Notes: generated by a model from the letters alone, not told the origin. Positions 10,308 to 19,717 are shown, counted from the stretch's first letter. The stretch: DNA of 64,000 nucleotides from Bdellovibrionales bacterium (GCA_964230645.1 CAXRHT010000002.1:1568001-1632000); one strand, 5' to 3'. Numbers and translations are program-made.

Positions 10308-11939
10308 ATGAACTTAAGCGACAGAATTTACTCTCGACTCATTCACATTATAAGCGAAACCAATGGGCTGAATCTATCAGACACCATCGAATTGATGGCA
10401 AATGCTCAGACCCTGCCTGAAGATATCAAAAGAGAAACCCTCAGTTTCCAAAAGCTACTTCATGATTATCAAACCAATCAGGGTCATATTGATTCTTTGT
10501 TCGAGCACCCCGTCGGTAAAGCCCTTTTTCGTTTTTTTAAAAACTTTCCTCTGCGTTACCGAGAAGAGCACATCCACTTAACGGGGTCTCTGACGGCTGA
10601 ATATATCTTCCCTAGAATTCAGAAACTTCTCAATGGACCCAATGGCAAAATCTACGAACAAAAGATCAAAGAGGTTTATGGCAAAAACGCCCTGCCACTA
10701 GAATCAGCCAGTGATGTGGACAGATTGATCCGCTTGCAAGAGGGTAAACAGTTCGACACCTATTTAAAAATTCTTTATCTCGCTAAACTCACTTTGGTTG
10801 ACAAAGAGGCCCATGAGGAGGCCTCCTACCATCTGGCAAAGAGTCTTTGGGATAATTATAATGTTGGAGCCATTCGCTTAAAGTTTTCTCTTTCAAGAGG
10901 GACGACTCTTAAATCTGAACAAATCCCCGGTAATCGCGATGTGACCCCCGAGGAAACCGTTATGGGTCTTTATAATGGACTTAAAAAGTTTCAAGATGAA
11001 AACCCAAGTTTTCAATTTATCCTCTCTCCCTGCTTTCGGAAAGAGCCGGGCTTTTATGACTCCAACAAGTTCAAAACAAAAAAAGAAGATTTCGACTACC
11101 AGATTTCTGAGCTAAGACGAATTCTTTCTGTTCATCCGGAGCTTAGAGCCTGTGTGACTGAAGTGGATACTGTTGGGAGTGAAAAAGACCTATATAGAAA
11201 GTCTCATTTCCAAGAAATGAAAGTTGGGTTTCGAAAACTTCAATCCATTGGCATTAAGATTCGCTCCCACCATGGTGAAACTTGGCAAACTCTTCGCACA
11301 GGTATTCAATCCGTGGATAATGCTATGAACATTTGGCATGTGGATGCTGTGGAGCATGGTCTATCTTTAGGGATTAACCCCAACTATTACTTCCACTCAA
11401 TCTTTCAGCGGGTTATGTACTACAATCGCAAAGGCGAGCCCCTAGAAAAGGGAAGTATCGAGTACCGCGAAGTGCAGTCCATGGACTGGGGTGATTACCC
11501 GGGAGTCAAAGAAAAGCTTCTTGAAGGTAAAAAACTTAATGAAGAACAGTTCACTACTTTTGTAAAAACAAAATTCCATATGGCTAGAGAAGTGGAACAC
11601 TATCAGCATGATATTCTCAATAGAATGATTGATAAGCAGCTCTCGGTGATTGCGCTACCTTCTTCTAATAAAAAACTCACCGGACAATTTGAAGATTACA
11701 AGGATCATCCATTCTCTTGGTGGGAGAAAAAAGGGCTTAAATTGGGAGTGGGTACAGATAATTATATTACCCTTAACACCAATTACATTCGAGAAATGCT
11801 CGTTTTACTTTTTACAGATCCCGTCAATTTAAAAATCACCAAACTTTTGTTAGTCTGTACTGGAGAAACCCGTCGACCCTTTTTAAGCCAACAATTGTGG
11901 CAAATGCGGAAGCAAACCCCTAGGGAGGAGGACATCTGA
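10308..11939 (+). CDS. Adenosine/AMP deaminase-like amidohydrolase with N-terminal extension and internal insertion
   Basis: Metal ligands in ADA order: HIHLTGS, SHHGE, VEHG, LPSSN, GTDN. Confidence 0.75.
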   Translation: MNLSDRIYSRLIHIISETNGLNLSDTIELMANAQTLPEDIKRETLSFQKLLHDYQTNQGHIDSLFEHPVGKALFRFFKNFPLRYREEHIHLTGSLTAEYIFPRIQKLLNGPNGKIYEQKIKEVYGKNALPLESASDVDRLIRLQEGKQFDTYLKILYLAKLTLVDKEAHEEASYHLAKSLWDNYNVGAIRLKFSLSRGTTLKSEQIPGNRDVTPEETVMGLYNGLKKFQDENPSFQFILSPCFRKEPGFYDSNKFKTKKEDFDYQISELRRILSVHPELRACVTEVDTVGSEKDLYRKSHFQEMKVGFRKLQSIGIKIRSHHGETWQTLRTGIQSVDNAMNIWHVDAVEHGLSLGINPNYYFHSIFQRVMYYNRKGEPLEKGSIEYREVQSMDWGDYPGVKEKLLEGKKLNEEQFTTFVKTKFHMAREVEHYQHDILNRMIDKQLSVIALPSSNKKLTGQFEDYKDHPFSWWEKKGLKLGVGTDNYITLNTNYIREMLVLLFTDPVNLKITKLLLVCTGETRRPFLSQQLWQMRKQTPREEDI

Positions 11940-12415
11940 TGAAAAAGGTCTTATTTGTTTGTCTTGGAAACATCTGCCGCTCACCTTCAGCTGAGGGCGT
12001 TTTTACAAAATTAGTTAAAGATGCTGGCCTTGCCGACGAGATCCATATTGATTCTTGTGGGACCGCCGCTCACCACGCCGGAGAAGGGGCTGACCCTCGC
12101 ATGAAAGAGCATGCTCTAAAACGCGGTTATGATTTAACGAGCATTGCTCGAGGGATTGATCGTAAGCAGGATTTTGAAAATTTCGATTACATACTCACCA
12201 TGGATAATAGCAACTACAATAATGTTGTTGCTCTTGCTGCCGATGTTGATAAACATAAAATTCGTCGTCTCACTGAATTCTGTAGTAAGCATCCCCACGA
12301 TCAAATTCCCGATCCTTATTATGGTGGACCGGAAAGCTTTGAGCTTGTTCTTGATCTCTTAGAGGATGCTTGCCAAGGCTTGCTAGAACATATTCAAAAA
12401 GAAAAAAATAGCTAG
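11939..12415 (+). CDS. Low-molecular-weight protein tyrosine phosphatase
   Basis: VCLGNICRS P-loop and IPDPYYG; TGATG overlap with the upstream gene. Confidence 0.95.
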   Translation: MKKVLFVCLGNICRSPSAEGVFTKLVKDAGLADEIHIDSCGTAAHHAGEGADPRMKEHALKRGYDLTSIARGIDRKQDFENFDYILTMDNSNYNNVVALAADVDKHKIRRLTEFCSKHPHDQIPDPYYGGPESFELVLDLLEDACQGLLEHIQKEKNS

Positions 12416-13263
12416 TGTCCGATCCAAGAAAACAGGTCGAAAAAATTCTTGGTGAACCCATCCTTGATTGGCAACCAGGCTCCGGCAACCAGCCGAGCTT
12501 TATCGCTAAAACCGAGGACCATAGCTATTTTATTAAAACATCTAAAAAAAATAATGACAGTCTCGTCACTGAAGCCCAAGGGCTTAAAGAATTAAAGAAG
12601 TTTTATGCTAATATTCCAAAGCTTCATTTTAGTGATGAGGATTTTCTAGTCATTGATTACATAAAAAGACAAGAGCCCACCCCTGAGTACTGGAAGCAGC
12701 TAGCAGAAAATCTCAGCGCCATGCACAGACACTCCCATTCAAGCTTTGGCTATACTCAAGACAATTGGATCGGCCTTTCCGAACAAAAAAACCAGACTTC
12801 AGAGCCAGCCGCCGGCAACGCCGGATTATTCTTTTGGGAAAACCGAATCGCTTTTAAACTCAGTCAAGTTAAAGACAAGTACGGCAAACTTATCGATAAC
12901 GAGACAGAAAAAAGACTCCAAGAAAAAGTCGTCGAAAAGCTAAACCATAAAGATGTTTATCCCTCTCCCTGCCACGGCGACCTATGGGGGGGCAACATCG
13001 TCTGTGGTCAAGGCTCCCAGGCCTACCTTATCGATCCAGCCTTTTATTTCGGAGACCGCGAGTCCGATCTCGCTATGACGGAATGCTTTGGGGGCTTTTC
13101 TCCGATTTTTTATAAAGCCTATAATGAAATTTTCCCCTTAAGTGAGGGCTATGAGGAGAGAAAACATATTTTTAATCTCTATCATATGCTCAATCACTAC
13201 ATTATCTTCGGAAACACCTACAAAAGAGTTTCTGAGGATATTATTCAAAAAATTATAGGCTAG
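12415..13263 (+). CDS. Fructosamine/ketosamine-3-kinase family protein
   Basis: FIK, EAQGL, HGDLWGGN, IDPA, DRESDLAM..FGGF, LYHMLNH; TAGTG overlap with the phosphatase. Confidence 0.9.
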   Translation: MSDPRKQVEKILGEPILDWQPGSGNQPSFIAKTEDHSYFIKTSKKNNDSLVTEAQGLKELKKFYANIPKLHFSDEDFLVIDYIKRQEPTPEYWKQLAENLSAMHRHSHSSFGYTQDNWIGLSEQKNQTSEPAAGNAGLFFWENRIAFKLSQVKDKYGKLIDNETEKRLQEKVVEKLNHKDVYPSPCHGDLWGGNIVCGQGSQAYLIDPAFYFGDRESDLAMTECFGGFSPIFYKAYNEIFPLSEGYEERKHIFNLYHMLNHYIIFGNTYKRVSEDIIQKIIG

Positions 13264-13266
13264 AAT

Positions 13267-13884
13267 CTAAAAGTTAAATCCCACTCCGATGGTTGAATCA
13301 ATCGAAGGCTCAATAGATCGCGCCCTGGAAGGATCAATAGAATAATCGTATTCCAGGCCAAAATTTATATTAACGACTGGAGTAAAGAAATAGTGGGCTC
13401 TTAAGCCAGTTTTACCCTTCCAATCATTCCCGTCTTGACCATAATGGGAACCAGCAACGTTATATTCCTTATAATAGAAATCTTGGGTTAAGCTGTAGGC
13501 CCATTTGTCGGTTTCATAAAAGTACCATCGCCCAGTGAGTCCCAGTCCGTACTCTCTATTGATTTGAGAAAAGAGGCTTTCGGCCATCACACCCAATGAA
13601 AGATTATCTAAAAAGAAGTATCGGTAAGAAAGGCTTGTCTGCAAAATCAAGCCACTAAAACTGGAGTACCCCAGTCCAAGTCCTGGATTAATCTCATGAT
13701 CCCCTTGATGAGTATTCTTGAAGATCTTTTCTTCTTCCAATTGTGAAGAGGATACAGTCTCCTTGTCTTGTACATGACTAACAGTGGGAAGTTTAAATTC
13801 TCGGTCTACCTCTCCTAACCCGGCCAATGCTCGAGAACCGATGAACGTAAACATAAAAACTAACCAATAAACAAAAGGGCGCAT
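13267..13884 (-). CDS. Small outer-membrane beta-barrel protein
   Basis: Signal peptide from MRPFVYW (AGGAG RBS), alternating beta-strand pattern, C-terminal GVGFNF BAM-type signature. Confidence 0.75.
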   Translation of the reverse strand: MRPFVYWLVFMFTFIGSRALAGLGEVDREFKLPTVSHVQDKETVSSSQLEEEKIFKNTHQGDHEINPGLGLGYSSFSGLILQTSLSYRYFFLDNLSLGVMAESLFSQINREYGLGLTGRWYFYETDKWAYSLTQDFYYKEYNVAGSHYGQDGNDWKGKTGLRAHYFFTPVVNINFGLEYDYSIDPSRARSIEPSIDSTIGVGFNF

Positions 13885-14109
13885 AAAGTTTCTCCTTATC
13901 AATAGAAAAACCTTTTTTAGATTCGACTTTAAGAATGACAAAGCCTTCTTGAACCCAAAAGCACTTTAAATGAGCCCACTGACTGAACGGAAGCACGCAA
14001 GAACTCACTGGATAGGAAATAAGAGGAGTCTACTGATCCCGACAAAAAACGGAGCTAATTACAATATGTATTCTAAAAGAACGAGAGCAGACCAAGAACA
14101 CTGCCAACT

Positions 14110-15453
14110 CTAGGAGTTCAATAAATGATGGAGGTAACCCTCTGGATTTGCCACCAAGTCTTCATTCACCTCGAGCTGTTTGATAGAGCTTGTGGGCAGA
14201 GCAAATTTAAAAGGTCGCAAGCTCTCTTCTAAAACGGCTGTCAGTCCACGAGCTCCTGTTTTCTGCTTATGGGCTCTCTCACTGAGCTGTATCAAGGCTC
14301 CTGTGGTAAAACTAAGTTGAATGCCGTAATAGGAAAATGAGGTTTTATACTGATTGAGAATAGAAAGTTCAGCTTCGGTAAGAATCTTGTAAAGATCCTC
14401 TGGGTTCAGGGAATCACAAGCCACGCGAATGGGAAGCCTACCAATAAACTCATGCTCAAAACCAAAATCCACTAAGTCTTTAGCTTCTGTAGACTTCAAG
14501 GTCTCAGCCACATCCTCGGAATCCTTTTCCACATGAAGACCAATAGACTTTTTATCAAGACGGTTATTGATAATGTCCTCAAGACCATGAAAGGCTCCGC
14601 TAAAAATAAAAAGAATATCGCGCGTGTTTACGATTTCTTTTTCGGCTTTGCCTTTTTTCTGAAAATTCATAAAGGTTTTAAATTGTGAGGCCATATCATG
14701 ACTGGAATTTAAGTCGACGTCGGTATTTTCTAAGAGTCTCAGAAAACCAAACTGCACGCCTCGACCACTCACATCGCGACCAGTGTGATCGCGTCTGGAG
14801 GCGAGCTTATCCACCTCATCTACGTAGACGATGCCTTTTGAGGCAAGCTCTTTATCGCCATCAGCCACCTGTACCAAGTCTCTGACAATGTCATCAACGT
14901 TGGCTCCCATATAGCCCACTTCACTAAAGCGTGTGGCATCGGCCTTTACAAAAGGCACACCTATAAGGTCAGAGATCAATCGAACGAGATATGTTTTCCC
15001 CACACCTGTTGGCCCAAGGATAAGAACATTTTGTTTTTGATAGTGAGTTTCTATGGGTTGTTCTTTGTCTTTTTTAAGGTCGGCTTTAAGATGGTTGTAG
15101 TGATCACAAACAGCTATAGCCAAAGCTTTCTTGGCGTCATCCTGGCCAATCACAAAGCGATCGAGATGTTTTTTAAGTTCGACAGGCTTATAATTAAATT
15201 GGTCTATGGATTCATAAGTCTTAGTTTCTTGTTTTGGCGCTTCTTTTTTCTCGCCCTTCCCCTCTTCGTCGAAAGGAAAACCATCTCCCATGGTCATGAC
15301 CTGGACTTTGCCACCAAATTTCTTTTCTATAAGGTCTTGAAACTCTTTTTGCAGGTTCTGAGGGTCAAAACCCTTCGCAGGATCTTGGGAGTTGTCTTTT
15401 TCTTGATCATTTTTCTTGTCGTGATCCTTAGACCCCGTATTTTCAGTATCCAT
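14110..15453 (-). CDS. clpX: ClpX-like AAA+ unfoldase lacking the N-terminal C4 zinc finger
   Basis: VIGQDDAKK, GPTGVGKT, ADATRFSEVGYMG, DEVDK, RDVSG.GVQ, EFIGRLP, TGARGL; no CxxC pairs at the N-terminus. Confidence 0.85.
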   Translation of the reverse strand: MDTENTGSKDHDKKNDQEKDNSQDPAKGFDPQNLQKEFQDLIEKKFGGKVQVMTMGDGFPFDEEGKGEKKEAPKQETKTYESIDQFNYKPVELKKHLDRFVIGQDDAKKALAIAVCDHYNHLKADLKKDKEQPIETHYQKQNVLILGPTGVGKTYLVRLISDLIGVPFVKADATRFSEVGYMGANVDDIVRDLVQVADGDKELASKGIVYVDEVDKLASRRDHTGRDVSGRGVQFGFLRLLENTDVDLNSSHDMASQFKTFMNFQKKGKAEKEIVNTRDILFIFSGAFHGLEDIINNRLDKKSIGLHVEKDSEDVAETLKSTEAKDLVDFGFEHEFIGRLPIRVACDSLNPEDLYKILTEAELSILNQYKTSFSYYGIQLSFTTGALIQLSERAHKQKTGARGLTAVLEESLRPFKFALPTSSIKQLEVNEDLVANPEGYLHHLLNS

Positions 15454-15824
15454 AGACCTTGCGTCTTATCAAAAATTCGTGGGGATGGACATGAATTGAT
15501 GCCTTTCAAAGCAGAAAAATTTTCAAAAGATTCATGTATAGAGATCAGTCAAAACCAGGCTGTTATTTTTATCATTTGAAAGAACTTCATAAGGCGGTGC
15601 GTTATAAGAAATCATCCACCAGTTTCTAAGCACTTAGCGGACTGAAAAGTCTGTATTTTTAACAGGACTAAAGTAACGGCTGTCTAAACTCTTACTATAA
15701 GCAATCTCTATAACTCGGATAATTATTATCAATTTCCCTTATGCAGAGGGGGTTGCTATATCTAGATTCAGAAATTGGGGGGAGATGAAAAGCCCGACAG
15801 ATAAGGGCTTTAACAGATCCCGGG

Positions 15825-16124
15825 GTGTGGCACCCAGAATTGAACGCTCATTCAAGGAAGGACCACAAAAAGCCCCACAAAATTGAAAAGCCGTCAGCAA
15901 ACGTCAAATCTGACCGACCTATCGAATGTTTCTTCAACTGTGTTGAGCCCACAGTTCCCACCTACAACACACCCAAAGAATTGGGCCCCGCCACCGGCTT
16001 TGTGCCTTTTCGGCACCCCAATTTGCGTGCAATGAGTCTCGAGGACTTATGCTGCCTAATTATTTTGCGTTTGAGTGACAATCTTACGAAACGATCGTTA
16101 TTTATTGAGCTTGCGAGAGCATAG
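15825..16124 (+). CDS. Hypothetical 99-aa protein (start uncertain, possibly frameshifted)
   Basis: Longest ORF in an otherwise empty 700-bp gap; no recognisable motif. Confidence 0.3.
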   Translation: MWHPELNAHSRKDHKKPHKIEKPSANVKSDRPIECFFNCVEPTVPTYNTPKELGPATGFVPFRHPNLRAMSLEDLCCLIILRLSDNLTKRSLFIELARA

Positions 16125-16147
16125 GCGTGAACTGAGGGCCTATTCTC

Positions 16148-16163
16148 TGGCATAATCCCTGCA
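16148..16163 (+). promoter_or_regulatory. Sigma-54 (-24/-12) promoter-like site
   Basis: TGGCATAATCCCTGCA, GG-N10-GC, immediately before ATG 16180. Confidence 0.55.
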
Positions 16164-16179
16164 AAATTCTTTGTTTATA

Positions 16180-17733
16180 ATGAAAACAGTGACCCAATCA
16201 AATTTGCCAAGCTTGAGGCTCTTAATTGTTATCCTTACTTTTATGTGCCTGAGTCCTCATGGTGTGTTGGCCCAATTTGATGAGACCGAAACCGAGTTTT
16301 TAGAGACATTGTTAGAAAGTGGCCAAAACCTTCCTCAGAATAAGCAGGAATTGGTTCAATCACTTTTAGATGATCTTTCGTTAGGTGATGACACCCAACT
16401 TCAGGCTCTCTTGTTGGAGTCTTCTTCATCGATACACAGCAGTTTAATTTCAGCTCTTCTTAATGGAGAAGATGCTGAGAATATCGTGCAACTCCTGGGT
16501 GCAATCGACTCAAGTGATGAACAGTTTATTAAATTTCTCTCAGCTCTTCGAACAAAAATTCACAGTGACCCTGAGAAATTAGAAAGAATTCGAAACAATA
16601 TGTCTATTGTGTATGCTGATGTTTTAGCAACACCCGTTCGCTTACCAGCTCTTGGCGCTCGTTTCATGCAATCTTCAATGCTAAATTTAGCTGTTATATC
16701 TTTAGCCTATTCGAATTACCCTGATATAGTGACATCTGTCATGCACGGCAACGACATGGCCTTCATTCCCTACTTTGTAGGAATGCTCGGGATGTTTGTG
16801 CTATCAACGGCCACCGAAATTCGCGTGTATTTTCGCTCCTGGAGAGCTTACAAACAGTCTTTAACTCAACGCAGACGAGCCGAAAGACACCTTGATTCTT
16901 TTATTAAGCTCGTGTCCGCTCTTCAAAGCTCACCCGATTTAATACCTATGATTGATCGCATGAAATACTTTGCCTCCCCTTATGCAGAAAATGCCGCCCT
17001 TCAAGCTTTGGCTGAGTATCCGGATCGCATGGTTCAAGATATGGAGTTTCTCACCCAAAACTCTGATCATTGGGCCCATATGAGTCGATTTTATAAAACT
17101 CGACAGTTCTACGATCTCATTGAAAAATACAATGAGCGCTTAACTGAGACCGATAAAGAAATACTTCTAACCTACTATCAAGAAGGTAAAAATCTTCACG
17201 AGCTTCCCATTCATATCCGAGAGGAGCAACTCAATTTCGAAAGACGTGTTATGACCTACTTTAATCAATGGATGCAAACAGAGGGGCATACTGGTTTTAA
17301 TGAACAGTTTCGCAGGCTACTTTCAAGAAAAACTCAAGAGGTTGAGTTCCTCAACGATGTGTCCTTACCTCGTAACGCCTATGGACTCATGACCACATGT
17401 CTAGGTCTAAGTATGGCAATACTCAGTATTCATTTAGGCGTTGAGGCTACCACTCAATACCAAGGCTTTAATGCTTTTTTTGATCACATCTCTGATTTTC
17501 TAATGAAACATTCAAATGCGAGCATGTATTTTCTGGCCTCTTTGGTCGTTGTACCCATGTCCTATATGGCCTACACCGAAAGACGTTTAAGGCATCGAAT
17601 GAAAGCTCTCAGGTTCCATGTTCACTACGATTTAAACGAGCTTCTCGCCCTTACCAGAGGCATGCCTCGATGGACTCAGCGCCAAGGAAGAATTGCAAAC
17701 CCTGTGGCCCCCATGTGTCGCGCCATCTTTTAA
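16180..17733 (+). CDS. Secreted/membrane hypothetical protein with two pairs of hydrophobic helices, ending in CRAIF
   Basis: Signal peptide (...GVLA), two hydrophobic helix pairs, C-terminal MCRAIF. Confidence 0.75.
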   Translation: MKTVTQSNLPSLRLLIVILTFMCLSPHGVLAQFDETETEFLETLLESGQNLPQNKQELVQSLLDDLSLGDDTQLQALLLESSSSIHSSLISALLNGEDAENIVQLLGAIDSSDEQFIKFLSALRTKIHSDPEKLERIRNNMSIVYADVLATPVRLPALGARFMQSSMLNLAVISLAYSNYPDIVTSVMHGNDMAFIPYFVGMLGMFVLSTATEIRVYFRSWRAYKQSLTQRRRAERHLDSFIKLVSALQSSPDLIPMIDRMKYFASPYAENAALQALAEYPDRMVQDMEFLTQNSDHWAHMSRFYKTRQFYDLIEKYNERLTETDKEILLTYYQEGKNLHELPIHIREEQLNFERRVMTYFNQWMQTEGHTGFNEQFRRLLSRKTQEVEFLNDVSLPRNAYGLMTTCLGLSMAILSIHLGVEATTQYQGFNAFFDHISDFLMKHSNASMYFLASLVVVPMSYMAYTERRLRHRMKALRFHVHYDLNELLALTRGMPRWTQRQGRIANPVAPMCRAIF

Positions 17734-17872
17734 CAGTTATTTATCTAACACCCCACTGACAGACTTCGTCACTTTTTCTTTTTTTACATTCGTATTAAAA
17801 CTCAACAGTCCTATTCAGTTAGTAATATTAAATACATACGAGCCTCGATTCGCCATCCAAGTGCCTTAAGAT

Positions 17873-17888
17873 CGGTAAGGTCTTTGCA
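17873..17888 (+). promoter_or_regulatory. Sigma-54 promoter-like site
   Basis: CGGTAAGGTCTTTGCA, GG-N10-GC, upstream of the 17924 lipoprotein. Confidence 0.45.
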
Positions 17889-17923
17889 TTTCTTATGTGT
17901 ATAAAACAAAAGGAATACTAAGA

Positions 17924-18532
17924 ATGAGAATATTTCGTACAACAATTATTATCATCAGCCTTGTTCTCGCCTCGGGTTGTGACCAAAGATCCGATGAAGA
18001 AGTCCTGGGAGGACGGGATGTCACCCAACAATTTTTAACTCAGTACAATGGATTCTTTAAAGAAGACACCGATCGACGTGATGGTGGCGAAGAGCTAACT
18101 ATCTCTCGTGAAGGGGAAATTGAAATTAATAAAATTCGTCATGTTGGACGCGAACACGATCCCGCCATTCCCGACGGAACGATTTGCAATTATGTTCTGC
18201 ATGGTCAGGTTCGCTCAGTTATCGAACTCAATGAAACCTCAAGAAAACGTGTGGACGAAGAGGAGCGCGTTTATTTTATTCCTCAAACCCACAATCTTAC
18301 CTTTAGTGTGTTGCAGGTAAGCTTGAGTAACGAACTTCGAGCTGGAACGACCGACAATGAGGCCTGCCAACGCTTTCAAGAAGAAATGAACCAAAGACTT
18401 CCCATGTACACCTACGGCATGGAACTGTTTGGAAGTGGTCAAAACATTCGTCTTCACACTTTAAATAACGATGACGTTACCCACGAGGGACGTGGTGAAG
18501 GAACCACAGACGAAAACTTTGAAAGACAATAA
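17924..18532 (+). CDS. Hypothetical lipoprotein
   Basis: MRIFRTTIIIISLVLASGC lipobox; AAGGA RBS. Confidence 0.75.
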   Translation: MRIFRTTIIIISLVLASGCDQRSDEEVLGGRDVTQQFLTQYNGFFKEDTDRRDGGEELTISREGEIEINKIRHVGREHDPAIPDGTICNYVLHGQVRSVIELNETSRKRVDEEERVYFIPQTHNLTFSVLQVSLSNELRAGTTDNEACQRFQEEMNQRLPMYTYGMELFGSGQNIRLHTLNNDDVTHEGRGEGTTDENFERQ

Positions 18533-18564
18533 AAAAAAGGGAAAACCTTAAAAAGGTTTTCCCT
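18531..18564. terminator. Intrinsic terminator between convergent genes
   Basis: Stem AGGGAAAACCTT/AAGGTTTTCCCT (18538-18564) preceded by an A-run, giving a U-tract on the minus strand. Confidence 0.8.
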
Positions 18565-18592
18565 CTCCCCCCAGATAGTGCCCCTAGTATCT

Positions 18593-18964
18593 TTATCTTT
18601 TGTGTAGAAAGTTAGAAGTGCATCCGCCATAGTGATCCGAGAATCCACTGACTGTGCGAGTTGATACCGCTGAGTAGGGATAGCTAAAATCACTCATTCC
18701 ATCAGATCCATTGTAGTTTAAATTCATTTCCATAAGCACCCGGCGAGAGCGATCCCAAAGCTCAAAACGTCCCGGTCCCATAATTTGAAAGGAGACATTT
18801 CGTATGACTTGAGTCGAACCATTGGCTCTTTCAATGGTGAGCGACTGCTGAACCATACTGTACTGTGTGGAATAAAAGGGTTCAGTAAAAGAACATTTGA
18901 TAATATCGGCTTTTGCGCTAAAGGCGAAAAGTGAAGTTAATAAGATAAATACTAGTTTTGCCAT
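18593..18964 (-). CDS. Small secreted protein (CSFTEPF motif, two Cys)
   Basis: AGGAGG RBS, signal peptide ...SAKA-D, FTEPF, SDGMSD..YPY, GGC. Confidence 0.8.
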   Translation of the reverse strand: MAKLVFILLTSLFAFSAKADIIKCSFTEPFYSTQYSMVQQSLTIERANGSTQVIRNVSFQIMGPGRFELWDRSRRVLMEMNLNYNGSDGMSDFSYPYSAVSTRTVSGFSDHYGGCTSNFLHKR

Positions 18965-19086
18965 GTAGTCCTCCTATTTTTTAAAGACTCTCTTACTTGC
19001 AGCGCCTTATTACCTCGTTTTTTGAAGGAATACCTAATTAATTATTTTACACATTTGCAGGGGAGAAAAGAACGAAGTCTCTTATT

Positions 19087-19704
19087 TTAGAAAGGATCAA
19101 AAAGGATCATTTGTTCGGTTGTGGTGTCATAAATAATATTGTCGGGCTTTAGCATAAGGTCAATACTTCGCTCTTCCCCATCGACTATTCCGTGGAACTC
19201 GATACCGTAAACATTCTCTAAGTAATGGGAGACTGTAAAACCAGGAACATCTTGAAGCTTTTGAGTGAAAGAGTCGGCCCACTTTAAAAATTCCGCGTTT
19301 AATTTTTTTCGAAGTCTTCGATTGGGAACTTTATCTAAAGGGTATCCCTTCACATCGGGAAAAGTTAACGAACTTTCTGAAACAGTATGAGGGCGGTAGA
19401 CTTTCACAGGCGCATCTTCTGGAATCCGATCCTTAAATAGATTGAGTGCGATCACATCATTTTGAAGACTGGATTCATCAAAGTAATCCTTTCTGAGCCA
19501 AGTTCGTCCACTTTCCAAATCAATGACCCTATAAACCCGACCGCCCATCTCACCCGCTCCTAGAAACCATAGGGACTGAGATGGACGCCTTGTCTCAAGA
19601 GGCACGCCTTGAAAGTATTCGTTGAACAATATCTCACGGCAGAGATCTTGAGCCCCAGAGGAGAAAGATGAAAAGAAGAGGAATAAAAAAAAGAGAGCTT
19701 GCAT
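19087..19704 (-). CDS. Secreted protein with a minimal protein-kinase-like fold (probable pseudokinase)
   Basis: Signal peptide MQALFF...SGA; LGAGEMGGRVY Gly loop, WLRK, LKPDNII catalytic-loop pattern, ending at LFDPF. Confidence 0.6.
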   Translation of the reverse strand: MQALFFLFLFFSSFSSGAQDLCREILFNEYFQGVPLETRRPSQSLWFLGAGEMGGRVYRVIDLESGRTWLRKDYFDESSLQNDVIALNLFKDRIPEDAPVKVYRPHTVSESSLTFPDVKGYPLDKVPNRRLRKKLNAEFLKWADSFTQKLQDVPGFTVSHYLENVYGIEFHGIVDGEERSIDLMLKPDNIIYDTTTEQMILFDPF

Positions 19705-19717
19705 AGAGAACTTGTAT

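Noticed and set aside
10308..15453. RADAR defence system (deaminase plus AAA+ ATPase)
   Set aside because: The nearby ATPase is clearly ClpX-type, on the opposite strand and separated by three genes; it is not RdrA.
15031..15579. 182-aa plus-strand ORF
   Set aside because: Antisense shadow of clpX with no independent motif.
15820..16060. 6S RNA or a second tmRNA fragment (contains CAGTTCCCACC and GCTGCCTAAT)
   Set aside because: Only short local hairpins, with no end-to-end pairing or tRNA-like ends; an open reading frame explains the region equally well.
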